64,000 nucleotides of DNA from Syncephalis fuscata S228 (GCA_025786725.1 JAHLTZ010000060.1:12523-76522), one strand, 5' to 3'. Shown: positions 11,400 through 26,104, counted from the first letter of the stretch. Notes: generated by a model from the letters alone, not told the origin. Made by a program: numbers and translations.

Positions 11400-12540
11400 C
11401 TATGATTAAAGAAAGCATTTGTGAAATTGGCATTATTAGCTGTATCGTCAACAATTGATTTATTGGATTTAAATGTATTATAAAAGCTATATTTACTGCA
11501 ACTATGTCCATGTTGAATGTGCGAGTTGAATGGTACAAAAATTACCGATCGGCTGCTGAGAGTCATTCAAGATTTGCATTGAACCATCTCTGTAAGTTAA
11601 ACCTTGAGATAATTGTTTATAATATCGTTAACCATCACGTTAATACGGGGTTGTCCTCGATATGCTCAAACTTGTTAGAAGACGTAATTGGTTCTGGTCG
11701 TGCATTTTTGTAATTGTATAGCACAATCTCCTTTCCGTTGTTCACGCAGATATCTAGTAATTACATATTTTAGTAAATCAGAAATTATTAATCTATACGC
11801 TTACTTTCTGCTTTTAAATCGTACAGCCATCCCAAGTTGTATAATTCGTTCATGCCTAGTTTGCAATTAATTATTAAAGTATGATAGCATTGTTTAAATA
11901 CTTACCATCTTGAATTTGTTTTCCCAAACTTGCCGATGTAGCAATCATTTTCTCTTTAGGAAGCCCATTAAAAATGGGTTTATATTGCCTGAGATTGACG
12001 TGGCAAATGTTTGGAGCTATATAGCAAATGCCATCTTTCAACTTGAAAGAAGTTGTGGAGCGAAGAATCAAATCCTTGAGAGATGAAGGCTTTGTTTTCT
12101 TTGGGTTAAACTTTGGGAGACTCTGTTTTGGTATATCAATTAATTAGTGGTTATTTAATAATGTGTTGTTGCTACATACCTTGTAGACCTGAAGAGTCCG
12201 GTCCTTGATATTGTTTTGATTGTCGCTGCCGCATGCAATGGTGATTGGATTAATACCATTTCTTCCCTCAGTATAGCATACACCATCTGCACAAGCAAAT
12301 GCAGACTTGATGGAAACTGATCTTGGACCAAACTTGGTAAATTCCTGACTTGGAATAGTGGGAAGATCACTCAGCTGATAGGCTAGATGTACGTTAATAA
12401 ATAGTGTATTGGCAGGCAATTCATCATTGTAGTTACATACTCTTTCCAAACAGACTCATACCAGCAGCATCTTGGGTATTTAGCACCAGTCCTAGGATGT
12501 AAATGGCGGCAATAGCGTTAAACTTGCTTGAGAAGATCTT
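11400..12540 (-). pseudogene. Degenerate gene relic, probably of a secreted protein
   Basis: A signal-peptide-like stretch (FSSKFNAIAAIYILGLVLNTQDAAG) lacks an adjacent ATG. Protein-like ORF fragments (12449-12144, 12071-11874) are broken by stops and frameshifts. Confidence 0.4.
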
Positions 12541-14297
12541 GTAAATTGGATTTTTTGTTGACAATATAGAAATTCGTAAAAAGTAGAAATGTAAAAATGT
12601 AAGATCTAAAAGTGAACTGGTTGATGTTGATAATAGGTAGGCAAAGCAAATATGCTTTCGCTTTATAGCTTGGAACATTGACATTTGTGGCTAATCTACA
12701 AAAGAAGAAACATCAAACTGTCAGCTGTATTTGGAATGCACACAAGATCAGTTTAAAATTTGGAAATATACACGAGGTATATAAGCTAGAATAAAAATAG
12801 CTGAAACAATACAAGCTTTGTATACTCGAATGTAATTCAGCCATTGGTCGAATGGTATATTGCGTGGTTTGAATTGTGGCTCCTAATCAAATTATACCAA
12901 AATAATCTAATTGAATTGCTTTATATGGCGTGGTGATGGCAATTAACTGACTACCCCTATATTGCAAACACTGATAAGCCTACTGCTATTGTGTCTATCC
13001 TAGTTTTATGTTCAAATGGCTATAAAACACTTCAAGGTTTTTAAAATAAAAGGAAATGATTGGATAGAAAATATATACATACAGAATAGTGATGATGAAT
13101 CTATGATAATAATTATTTAATAGCCGATTCTACTCACCACTGAATTTCATATTAAATAGAACAAATATCTGGTTCAATTGCAATTGGTGTTAAGCTTAAT
13201 TACTTGATTTTAAATCACACTAAATAAGCTTGCTAACGGTTGCAATTTTAAGAGTAAAAATAGTGATCCAACAAGATTACAGCTATTTGTCCTCATAAGA
13301 CCATTCCAGCAACAAATGTCAGTTGTTCTGACTGCTAGAAAGCAGAAAGCAGGTCTAATAAAGATTGCCCAATGCAATCTTAAACATTTGATGACTGTCT
13401 ATATAATTCTGGTAATGGTACTATTAATATATTACCAAATATACTACATGTGATGTTGCTACATTCTCAAATATAAAACCAAAAGGTGTACGAGTAAAAG
13501 TATTAAGTACATATTTAATTATTTAATATACACTACAACTGTGATAGCTCAACAGATGCTATTATTTTTATTACAAAACTTGGTCTGCTTTTAATTGAAT
13601 AAAAAAGACATTGTTAAAATAACAGTAATAAAGTGATGTAATATTGATCAAACAGCTAAAGGTGAAAAAGAAATTGAAATAGTAGCTTAGTCAAATGTTT
13701 TAATATCAATTTAATAAAATACTATTAGTATAAATGAATTTAACTTGTAAAAATCTGTAATTGTATAAACGTTTCTTATTCAACAAATACAAACTAGTAA
13801 TAAAACAACTATAAAAAAGAAATCTATTATGGTAAAATTTAAAAACGGTGTATTTTCCTAATTTCCTTTAGTTTTATACGTTTTACGGCTGGTGAAAATG
13901 GGACATGTACAAGTTTATGCATCAGCCAATGACGGTATGTACGACTACAACGATAGATCCAAATAATAGTGTAATACTGAAGTGTATATAAAAACTGCTT
14001 TATAAATTTGCTATGATGTAATAGAATAATCAGCAGCATAAATATCTAGTAACAATGATGGTAGATTTATGTATCGGCATTAATGTTTGTCAAATATAGT
14101 AATAGGAATGCCGTAGTAGCAAAAATAGCAGTGCTTAATCATCGATAGTTATGCCATTATGACGACTTTGGTTTCAGTTTCATTGGCTGATTTGTATTGT
14201 CAGTCTGAAACCTTTATATATTTTTGTTCACTGTATCAGCAAGCCATAGACATACTTTTTCCTTGGTTACAACTGATTTTCATTTTACTTGTGCATC

Positions 14298-15038
14298 ATG
14301 AGCTCGCAACAAAAAGACATGTCACAGCATCAGCCGAAAAAAGAACGTCGTCAGTCATTTGACTTGATCGATACTGGCAAGCATGGATCGAAGGAGGGCC
14401 CCGACTATGCCATTGATCTTCAGGACCATACTGGTGTGGTGGATGACAAGACACATCTTAAAGATGACATTTATACTACCAACTATTACAACCGATATGC
14501 TGCCAAAGATGCTTCAACAGGAGCCGGATTTGAACCCGCTGTTTCTCAACGTATTGCCACCGAGCCGGATAAAGAGAACGAGGGAGGAGCCAGCACTCGG
14601 CATTTGTCCAGTTCGGCCGATGTATCCGACCAAGACTCCTCGGTTTTCGAGTTGCGCGGTGCTCCCAGTCAAGCAGAATCTGCAGAAGAAACAGCAGCAC
14701 GTATTCGTGCCGGCTTAAGAGAGCACATAAAAAATGATCCCAACGTTGCACCACTGATGTTCAATCGTGACGGCTCGCGCCACGAGTCACTTAACATGAA
14801 ACTTCAAGCTGATAATGCCCAGTGCTTCAAGGAGCCGGGATACTTTGGAGCCGGCATTTGCGGACATGCAGCAGATGAACAAGCATTTGCCCATCCTCTT
14901 TCGGCCACAGGCCGTCGACGTGAATCGGTTATGTTAAACGAAATGGAGGAACAAAATGTGCATCGTCGATACAGTACTAGTTCTGGACCATTTGAGTTAG
15001 ATGATAAATTGACCGAAGAGCCTTCATCGTTGGACTAG
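14298..15038 (+). CDS. Hydrophilic hypothetical protein (246 aa)
   Basis: Intronless ORF with coding-like GC content and a TATA-like element at ~14214. It contains three RRxS motifs. Confidence 0.75.
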   Translation: MSSQQKDMSQHQPKKERRQSFDLIDTGKHGSKEGPDYAIDLQDHTGVVDDKTHLKDDIYTTNYYNRYAAKDASTGAGFEPAVSQRIATEPDKENEGGASTRHLSSSADVSDQDSSVFELRGAPSQAESAEETAARIRAGLREHIKNDPNVAPLMFNRDGSRHESLNMKLQADNAQCFKEPGYFGAGICGHAADEQAFAHPLSATGRRRESVMLNEMEEQNVHRRYSTSSGPFELDDKLTEEPSSLD

Positions 15039-15418
15039 GACATTGTAAATAGTATAACGAGTAGCCGCTTAATAAATAGCTTCGCAAATAATGTCATATT
15101 TTTATTATATCACTTTAAACTTGTTGATTTTATTGGTAGAGATGCAATAGTAATACTAATATTATGCTATGTTTTGTATCCAGTTATTCGATATGAGATT
15201 GCAATGCGAATAGTATACTTTTTATATTATATTATGTAACTAATATAATAGCATTTTACATTAGCAATATACGTAAGAAATATTCATCAATAGTCGCAAA
15301 GAGAAATGCATGAATCACGTATATTTATAAACAAAAACAACTAATCGGCGTTTACGTAATTAGCACACTAATACAGATATTAGCCATAGATGACAGAACT
15401 GTACAACTAACAGTGCAT

Positions 15419-16020
15419 TTAATAATCATTGTAGTCGTCGTACTCGTCATGAATATTAAAATAACGTGGTTGCGCAACGTAGCGGCTCGATGTAGGCCGC
15501 TGATTAAAATTAGTATGATTAAATCTTCTGCTATTTGAGGTGTTTGTCGCATTATCAATACTGATATAATCTTCTTGGCACGATCTAAACGTCGTAAAGG
15601 CCGTTTGATTGCCGTATCCCTGCGCTGATGAACCAATTTTGTAATCTATGCATATTCCAGTGCCATCATTGGTATTACTATAGGCACTCCTGTGATTCTG
15701 GGTATCATCCCTGGTGTAGGTAGCGTAATTTTTCTTATCGTAATTCTTATTATTATTACTGGACGTGTTGCTTATAGTTGTGTCAGTAGATTTATACAAT
15801 CCATGTACAAGAAATGCCTCAGCATCATCAATATTGTCAAATCGTTTGTATCGAGCATTAGAGTGTCCTTCTACCTGTTGCTTAGCTTCTTCCCTAGTAA
15901 GCAGCGTTAGATCGTGTCTCTATATCTGTTTATCCTTTACCATATTAAATAAATACCTGGTTCTCGCCCTTCTTTCACAGCATAATAGCCTCTTCCTCCC
16001 GTTTTCTTGTTCTTACCCAT
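15419..16020 (-). CDS. Stand-alone RNase H1 N-terminal hybrid-binding (Cauli_VI) domain protein, 184 aa, intron 15940-15894
   Basis: The spliced translation is MGKNKKTGGRGYYAVKEGREPGIYLIWEEAKQQVEGHSNARYKRFDNIDDAEAFL, followed by a low-complexity N/T/Y tail. Confidence 0.85.
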
Positions 16021-16556
16021 TGTGTTGTTGTAATGACAAAGAAATGGTAATTTAAAAATAAAGAAAAGTGAAAAATATTGCGTTTATGTGCAAAACACCT
16101 CGTTTGATCGTAATAGTCGTATAATAGATATTCCAAAATAAGCATAGTTAATATGCTCCTTGCTTTGCTTCCATAATTATTGTGTTAATGAACAGCTTAT
16201 ATACAACTCAACAGCTATACATGGCACTTCTTATTCGGCGCACAAACTGTACTGTCTACTATTAAAGCAGTTATCATACTTCAAACAAAAATTGTATTGC
16301 TACGCTGAATATTTAGCAACTCAGCTGTTTTACATCAGTGACCATTTGTAGACCAAACATCGTTATATTATAGACCACTGTTAGTATGCAAGTAGCTTTT
16401 ATGTACAGTAATTAATTATTTAGAATGACACAATGTTTTCACGTAGGTTTAAGCGTGATTTACTGTATTTTAGAATATTAGTGCTATTGTAGGTTAATTT
16501 GTTAAAGCTATTCATTAATATTAAAACAAAGCTATAGAATAAATGATTTTCAAAGT

Positions 16557-17583
16557 TTATATTAGCGTTAATAGTGATATATAGTTGGTAATGGTTGCAA
16601 CCCGACTAGAATAGCCTGTTCTAGTTGTATTTATATTAACGCCACTACTGTAGATATTATTTTGCCGATTCACCGTCAAGGTGCTGGAGTCACTGCTCGT
16701 ATGTTTTTTTGTACCATAGTTCACAAGTATTGTCGATGTAATATACCTAGATAGGTTTAGTAATATTCTGGATAATATAAACTACTTACCAATCAATAAT
16801 GTAAAAGTTCGTTGATAAGGGCCCTCCCATTTTAAAAATAATAAAGCTACAACATAATATATTGCAGAAAACTACCAAACACATGGTCTGTATACCGTCA
16901 TGAGCCAATCGCTTCCATGCGTCAGATCCATATTTTTTATAATGCTTATAGGTTACTGCACTAAAGATACCTGAGAAAAGTATATTGCTAGGAATCATCA
17001 TACCGATCCAGTACCATACAACAATATGTTGATGATTAAAAGTGCAACCAGAGTGTTCATCCAGTGTAACATATGACCATCCGTATGCAATAATAAAAAA
17101 GAAAAACTGTGGAAGAATGCAAATGGTGCCGCAAATAGCTACCCAGCGTTGCGACAACAGCACAAGGTAAGCTTTGTAAAGTATAACAATGCTGTTAAAA
17201 AATACAGAAAAACCTATACTCGCCATAATGCACCAAATAAGTATTCTACAGTTCAGCTGGTTGGTTAGTGATGCTACAATAAATAGTATAGTATTTACGA
17301 TGCCTAAAAATGACGGCAGAAAATAGCATAAATCAGATAGTTTGTACGACTGTGCCTTAATATGCCGGAATAGACGTATCAGATTGTAGGCAAATAACGT
17401 CCCCAGCATGGTTGCAAGTGCTAGTTGAATATGAAGTCCCATTATTCGGTTCTGAACTTCAACGTTGGGTGTTTCGCCGCGACTTGATCTCATATTTATG
17501 TAACTAAGAAAAGCAATTTCACCGAGCGGATGCAATGGAATACCAAACAGCTTGGTTGCATTTGCTTCCCATGGTTCATCCAT
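16557..17583 (-). CDS. Multi-pass (about 7 TM, GPCR-like) membrane protein, paralog 1; intron 16789-16747
   Basis: About seven hydrophobic segments and a hydrophilic C-tail. Collinear with paralog 2. Confidence 0.8.
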
Positions 17584-19213
17584 ATCGTAACGTTATATTT
17601 AGATGTAGACTGATAGACAAAGTGATTTTAGAATATTTCGTATTTAAATAATTAAGAAGGCGTATAAATTAAAAGAAAATGGGTTTAATGTGAACAAAGG
17701 ATAATGAAACGCATGACTTGCAGTAACCGGTTTTAGTATAAATAGAACATATTACATGTACGAAATTGTCTGGGGCATTATAAATAATAAACTGAAATGC
17801 ATGTTATATTTTTAAAGTTACAAAAATGCTACTGCCATTAACTATTGGCTATATGGTTGGTATTGAACGTTGTAGATACCACGACCTTACAAAAATAAAC
17901 GTGATTATTACAGTTTTTCATAACTCTAACTTATCTATATTAGAATCACGTATACTGCTATGTGATATTAATTTGTGTAACCCAGTGATTGTGAATTAAC
18001 GTAAATCTAGTAAATGACATGTTACTATATTCTTTTTATGTTATATGTATATGGTGTAAATCGTCGCTGTACATCGGTATTTCTTCATACTAATTTGCTA
18101 TTATAATTGTTACAGTATTGTAGAGTGCTTTGAACTTACTTGATCCAAATTCATTTTTAATATTAAATTTCTAAAATCATAAAGTCTAATAACATTTTGT
18201 TAACTAATAAAATGTAAATTACATTTTTGACTAATTTTATATGCAAAAATCATTGTTCTATTTCTTATACCATTCATTACAACTAAGCATGGAGAACTTG
18301 AATCCGGCAATCATTTTGCTATCTTTTAGCTATATAAACCATAATCCGTAAAAACCCCATTATTTTTACACATTTATTAGTGTATTAGCACAACTATCGT
18401 ACCATCACTCAATGCATTTACAGTATACTTTGCCAATAGCTACCTATATGTCATAAGTACATTTATGCAAAAAATGTTATAGATACTGTTTTATTATACG
18501 TAAAGTTATACGCATTGTTGCCAGTGCTTTATTAATTAAATGATTATTACTTTTAATGTATATTTCATTAAACTTTACTATTTACTAACTGTTATTTTTA
18601 CGCCTTTAACCCATTTTAGATGCTAGGATGACTAGCCATTCAAAGTATTGCTCTAAAACTACGCTTAAACGGCCTAGATATTTTTCAATTGGCATGTATT
18701 CATGAACAGTCATTAATTGTGCTGCTGATTCAGTTTCGCAATCAGTATTTTTTGCTTGTTTGCTTTTTGCTTTACGCCCTTGTTGATCTGAAAACAGGTT
18801 AAACTTTAAATTTTTTGCCTGAAAATACTTTCACCACGTATCCAGTTAGTTGATAACAACTAGCCGTCCTTTACTACCTCATCCATTAAATAAATAAATT
18901 ATTATATGAATAATTATACAAACAATTACAATATGTTCATATGATTTATCACATAAACACTTATATATGCAATAACAATTCACACCGTCATCGACACTTT
19001 CATTAACATGTCAGCAACATAATACCAAATAAACAACTAGTGTATGATTTAACATATTAAATTAACTAAATAAGCATTATTTTATAGCCAATTGTTACTT
19101 ATCTTACTATTTTCGAAATATTTTATTGTTTAGTTTACTATGATACACAAACAAATTGACTTTGACAATAAATGAGAATAAATAACGGCCATAGAATCAA
19201 TAATTTTAAAAGC

Positions 19214-20238
19214 TCATAGTAGCGTTAATAGTTATATATAGTTGGTGATAGCTACAAACCGGCTAGAATAGCCTGTTTCAATCGCATTTATATCAGCATC
19301 AGCACTGCGGATATTATTATGTCGATTCATTGCCAAGTTGCTGGAGTCATTGTTTGTGCGTTTTTTTGTACCATAGCTCACGAGTATCGTTGATGTAATA
19401 TACCTAGATAGGTTCTAGCAATGTTTTGGATAATACAAGTTACTTACCAATCAAAATATAAAAAGTCCTTGAGAAAAGTCCTCCCATCTCAAGAAGAATA
19501 ATGAAACAGCATATTAGGTTACAAAAATTACCAAACACATGGCCTGTATACCGTCATGGGCCAATTTTCTCCATGCGTCAGAGCCGTATCTTTTATACTG
19601 CTTGTAGGCCATAGTACTAAAGATTCCCGAAAAAAGTATATTGCTAGGAATCATCATACCGATCCAGTACCATAAAACAATAGAATGCTGGTTAAAAGTA
19701 CAACCAAATTGTCCATCCAATGTAACATATGACCATCCATATGCAATAATAAAAAAGAAAAATTGCGGCAGAATACAGACAGTACCGCAAATAGCTACCC
19801 AGCGTTGCGACAACAGCACAAGTAAGCTTTGTAAAGTATAACAATGCTGTTAAAAAACATCGAAAAGCCTATACTTGCCATAGTATACCAAACAGTTATT
19901 CTACAATTCAGATGGCTCGTTAATGATGCTACAATAAATAGTATAGTGTTTCCAACGCCTAATAAAGACGGTAGAAAATAGCATAAATCAAAAGCGTTAT
20001 AAGGCTGAGTTTTAATATGTCGAAATAGACGTATCAGATTGTGAGCAAAAAAAGGTCCCAGCATAGTGATAAACGCCAGCTGACCATATAATCCTTTCAT
20101 TCGGTACCAAGCATCGATTTCAAACGTTTCACCACCATTTGATTTTGTATTCACAAAACTAAGAAAATTCATTTCACCAAGTGGATGCAATGAAATACCA
20201 AACAGCTCGGTGGCGTTATTCTTCCATTCTGTATCCAT
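19214..20238 (-). CDS. Multi-pass GPCR-like membrane protein, paralog 2 (two apparent frameshifts at ~19820 and ~19525)
   Basis: High similarity to 16557-17583 with the same intron position. The 1-nt gaps may be assembly errors or pseudogenisation. Confidence 0.7.
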
Positions 20239-22798
20239 ATCAACACTATATCCAAGTATAACTGAATTACAAACTATAAAAATTGTGTATTGAAAGGAAT
20301 AAAAAACGCTTAGCATAAAACTAAAGATCCTAAGGCGAAACAATGAGAGCAAAATGCATGGTTTGCATCAACAGGTTTTAACTTAAATAGAAATTTTCTA
20401 TTTACAAGCCTGCTTTTATACAGCATAAAAGGTAAACTATTATAACACAAATACCGGTATTCGGGCCGATTAACCGATAAAACGTATCACCAATGGCGTG
20501 CAGCTATCCGTAATAGTTGGCATAAATATTTCCTATTTACTATTTTCTAATAACAATAAAAATATTTAATATACCCCTACTTCGTTTTTACACAAACTAT
20601 TATTTAATTGGCAAGTGCCTTATTATTTCATCTTGTATTTTAAATTAAAAAATTGCTACTGCTATTAGCTATTCAAGCATATCTTCGAATTGTAATTATA
20701 TGTTATAATCCATTGTTTAGTTAGAATTTTTAACATCAATAGTTTATGGTTATATATTACAAAAACCAATTTGCCGTATTGTTGTTTATTGAATTACAAT
20801 GTTGTTTAATAAATGATGTATTAGTTTATGATTAGTGTCGGATTAAAAATTAAAAAAGCCACAAGACCTTAATGGTATATGTCACTTTTATATTCGTAGT
20901 ACATGGGTAGCATACGCTCAGTATAAATACACACATGACTGCCTATATTTTAGTAAAGCTGTTATATTTACTCTGTTATCGTTTTGCTACTATTTAATCT
21001 AGTCTTTCTACGATAAAACTATTTTAAATACTAATAAAACACACACACAGACTAATTAGCTAAGTAATAATGATAACCGTTTTATAAATAGTCAACTACA
21101 GTCTATCAATATTAATTTATGTAATATTGGCTTCAAATAATTATCATACTAACATATGTTAAGTAGATAAATAGTTAGTATGGATAATTATTTTAAATTA
21201 CAGTTATTGCACTAATATAAATACTAAATGTGAATGTGCTATATAAATGTTTTAGTGTTGGATATTGTTTATTGTAGAATAATTATGTATTAGTTTATAG
21301 CAGCTTGAGCACACAGATTAATTATATACATATTTGCAATAGGTCCATAGACAGTTATGTTTAATTTATTATTGCTTTTGCTTGCATCGAATAAACCTGG
21401 ATAAATATAACTTATTTTGAAGATACAAATATATAAATTAGATTAGTATACAACATATAACCATTTAGTATTTATCATAACTACCGACTTAAGCTTGGCG
21501 TTAGCTTATTACATTGTGTACTATTTAAACAAGCAGTGCAGTTTTAGAATAAAGTCATAATAGTATGACTAAATAGAGTTGTTTACTATGCCATTCACAC
21601 AAGTTTGGCACATATCATTTTTATGCTTAATCGGTTAAGCCGTGTAATCTAGATTTAATCCATCAGCTTATCGCGTTGTAAAGAGCTTACCAATATTAAT
21701 GTCCAGGCAATATAATGACAGCAATAAAGACTCTTTTGCAATAAGTGTACAAGAAAACACACGGTTTACTACATATTACACTAATAGTTACATGTACTGA
21801 AGATTCTACTGGAATGGTTGTAGCTGCTTATACGGAAGACTAAGAGCAATTGCGTAGTACATTGGTCATAGACGGTTTTAGACGACTCATGTTTTATTAC
21901 GACATTTTCCACAACTATCACAATACATAAGCTGGCTTTACCGCTCCTCCGAACCAACACTGCACCTTTATCTTCTCTTTCTACTCTTTACCACTCGATA
22001 TACACTACACTCATTCGCCCTTACTGCCATTTGTTGTCCAATATGCTTTGCACTTGCTAGCCGTCTAATGATTACAAGATCACTGCTGGTTGCTGCTATA
22101 TGTACTAAGGTCGGTAAACGGGCGTGGGAGGTGCGATGCAGTTGTGCCTTTTGGCTATGAAGCACTGGATATGCAGTGTTCTAGAAGCTATATATCACGC
22201 AGTGTGTACTCCAGCATGCTGTAGAAGGCGCTTGTCTGCACATAGTTGATTGGTCTTTTGTATAGTAACATTGGTACGCTTACCGTGTGTTTGTTTGCGA
22301 GGTTGCCTTGCTGAGTATCTGGCTGTTGAGGCGACATAAGGTTTGCGCTTAAGATATCTGATATCTGATGGTGCAGAGCAAATGTTGTTTGGACAACCAC
22401 TACTTATTGCGGTGTAGTCAAGCAGCAAACATCATTGGCACATGTGGCTCATCTCGTTTACTGACCCTCTTCAATAGATATAGATTTGAGAGATATTTAG
22501 ATTTGGCAAGAACAGGACCACAATATGCTGTACAGTCATCCGGTTTGTACTAGTCTATCATTATTTATGTATTTCTTTAAATAAAGCTTTTTTACAAATA
22601 CTAAACAGTTTATTAACTATTTATCGTCATCATGTTCAATTGTGCGAATATTATCGATTTTAGTCATTTGAACATTAAACAAACACTAAATTGGTAATAA
22701 ACTGCTTAAAGTTTGTAAGAAAAAAAACATTATTTTATATTTAATATAACTAATAAACATTTTATTAAAATCTCAAGTATATCAGTAAATTAAGTGCA

Positions 22799-25479
22799 TT
22801 AGAATCGTTGTCGAAGTGAAGTGCCCCATCGACGTGCCAGCCTTTTACGAGGGTCGTCGCGGTTTGAGCGGCATATATTTAATAGATCTAGTTTAGTGGA
22901 TTCTGCCTCCAAACGAATACACTGCTGATAGAATGGATTAAAATCATTAATGCGTATTTCAGGCCATACTTGACCACGACTGTCGCGTCGTGACATGTCT
23001 TTTTGATGTCGACCTGACTCCCGGCTGCTTTTAGAATCTAGAGTTTGCAACAGCTTAAGCGCATTCTCTAGATCGCCAGCTCTATATAATAAGCATCGTA
23101 AGTATTAATCATGTCAATTCCTAGTTTAGCTTGCCTTGCTAAACCGTTAATCATTAGTTTATATGCATTGTGGCGCTGCTGTGGTTCGCAACCCAGATCT
23201 TGCCGTCGTGTCGTTTTAATGACAGCTGAAATGGCTGGATTCTCATCCTCTGATTTCCACCAAGCTTGCAATGTGTTCCAGATCTGCCATGCCTTTTTGA
23301 TGTGACCAGATTTTTCGGTGTGAAGCTGTAAAGCAAGCGAGTAGGTCCAGCCATCGCGTACAAGTTTTAATTCATCATAAACGTGCTCATATACACGGTT
23401 GGCCTCTTCGAACATACGGTATGATAATTGTACAGCCAAGTAACCGTTGACCAGTTGGACAGACAGTTTAGGTGGATGACAAGCTGGCTTACTTTCGGCA
23501 TTTGATTCTATGGCTGTACTTGTAAACTCAAGGCATAATTAAACAATCGTTTAGATTCTACCAATATGTGTATACGGGTGGTGGGCACAAATGGCAATAA
23601 TGGGCCTTCATCGCCTGGTATGACCGATAATAATGTTGTTGACTTCTTTGAATCCAATGTAACAGGTGGGTTGTTCTCCTTTAATTTAGCGGCTTCATTT
23701 TGTTGTCGTCGCATAGCATCAGCTGCCCAGCCATTTCTTGCGGTGGCTGCGTAAGCCATAAACATATTTGTATATGTCGCCTCATCGGGAGCCAGTTCTG
23801 GCTCTTTCTTTGCACTATATAGCACTGATATGAGCCAGTTATTATAACACCATCTACACCTTCCTACCGCTTTAACATGTCAAAAAATAGATTTCTAGCA
23901 CGTTCTATATCTCCTTGACGTGCAGCCGCAGCCAACAGTGCATTATATGTGTAAATGTCGGCCATAAACCCATAATCGGCCATCTGTATTAGTAGTTGGA
24001 ATGCCTCTGCATAATAATGTGTTAACAAGTTAAGAAAGCACAAATCAATATCAGCAATATAATATGAGTAACAACAAGGATATCTTTTCTACGTGCACAC
24101 GCTCCGATCAATGCATTAAACGTAACATCTGTTGGATTTAATTTGGCACGAGCCATTTCCTCAAACAAATTCATGGCTCTTTCTACCTGGTTGCCCTGTA
24201 ATATAAATACATAGTTAGTATCTTAACCATTCACTTGCCTATTATTATCTTTATCTTACCTTGGCACACGCGTGTATCATCAACGAATAGCTGACTTCAT
24301 CAGGTCGACAAATCTCAAATCGCATATGATCAAATGTTATCCATGCTCGATCAAGCTGTCCAGCTTGTACACATCCTTTCATCAGCATAGTCATAATCAT
24401 CTATTAATGATCGTCAGTAATAGATCGTAATAACAATAAACGCATTACCTGGTTGGGCTGTAGATTACGCGATCGCATAACCTGATATGTTTTGAATGCA
24501 TCATCAACTCGACGGTTGTTGATATAAGCTTTAATCAATCCACCCATCGTCACCTCATTGGGCTTAATATCGGCTAAAAAATGATTAACAATTGCTGGTA
24601 TACTCGATTGAATCTTACCTTCTTCCATTGCTTTAAATGTTTCAGTCACTTTCTCCAAATCAGCAACATTGGCGTGGACATCAATTAGAAAGTTATAGGA
24701 ACGAATATCTGGATAAATCTTTAAGCTCTAAGCATTGCTCTAAATTAACCATATAATATTGTTATTTCATACGAGCTAACCTTCATATACTCAAATAATT
24801 TTGCTGAAGTGTCTGTCTGTCGTAGCATGGCCTACATACACGTTTAAACAAACTTGCCATGTTGTATTTTTGATTACTTACACTCATTTGCAATGCGCTA
24901 TTAATCCGATTTAGTGAAATAGTTGGTGTAGTTATTGCTACACTGGTTATAGTGGTGCTTGCAGCACCGGTCACTGCCGTTTCAATTAGCTTTAGCGTAC
25001 TCTCAAGCTGCAGCGCTACTTGTTTTAATTCCTCATCCTTACGCGTTTCAAGGTATTGGACATCTAAATTACGCAAATAATTCTTATCAACCTTGCTATA
25101 TCGCCCCAATAATTTTGGCTTAATGGTAGCAGTTGTCTTCGGCGATGTAGGCTTTGTAACCGATGAATATATTTGATTTAGCTCAGTTTCTGACCAGGCT
25201 CTCTCAGTCTATAATATTTTTTGTAAATATTCATATTTATAATTATTATAACACAAACCTTGTTGAATTTCAATCCTTTTAACTGTTGTTCTTCCATTAA
25301 ATCCAAACTAATATACAGCATAAGTACAAGAAATACTAACGCGTTGTTAATTACCGTTCAGAAATAACGCTTTCAGCAGCAGCATGATTCAAGGATCGTA
25401 TTGAAAAGTTACCAGATCCGACCAGCGAATGGCCAACAGCTGTCCTTCTCAGCACCGATTGTAGTAATTGACGCTGCAT
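22799..25479 (-). CDS. Mitochondrial pentatricopeptide-repeat (PPR) protein, multi-exon
   Basis: Arg-rich presequence (MQRQLLQSVLRRTAVG). PPR motifs PNEVTMGGLIKAY, PDEVSYSLMIHACAK, PTDVTFNALIGACA, ADIYTYNALLAAAA and PDEATYTNMFMAY. Confidence 0.88.
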
Positions 25480-26104
25480 ACGAATCTTGCAAACGGTGAA
25501 TGTGACGCACAAAAGAAAAAAGAAATATTTTTGTAACAATATATTTTTTTTATGTTACAAAAGCTGTTATATTTTGACTCTCACATTTTTTATTTATCCA
25601 TTTCATCCCTCAATACTTTTAGATACAATTAAACACTTATTCATCACTATAACATGTATAACATCACATCCAACATTAATTGATTCATGTGTAATTATCA
25701 ATACAATAATGTAACTAATTAGTTATTTTTATTATTGTTTTGATATGTATATATATACATTGTCATTATGATATTAATTGTTCAAAATGCCATTTATTTA
25801 GTTGGATTGGCTATAGAGAAGTGGCTGTTTAATAAACAACTTTTATATCAATTATATTAATAGTGATCTTACATCGCAAATATATCCAAAATACAATAGT
25901 AGAATATTGGAAAATAGAATAGACCATTCAGATGCAATAATTCATGCTGTATGTAGATATAACAACGACTGCAAAATGACATTAAATCAATTATATGGTT
26001 TCTATATATCTATACTATTATATAACATTTTATAATATACTGAATACACTATAGTGTTTATATGCTTCATGTAACTTACTAAATGCATGAGGTAAATCAG
26101 GTGA

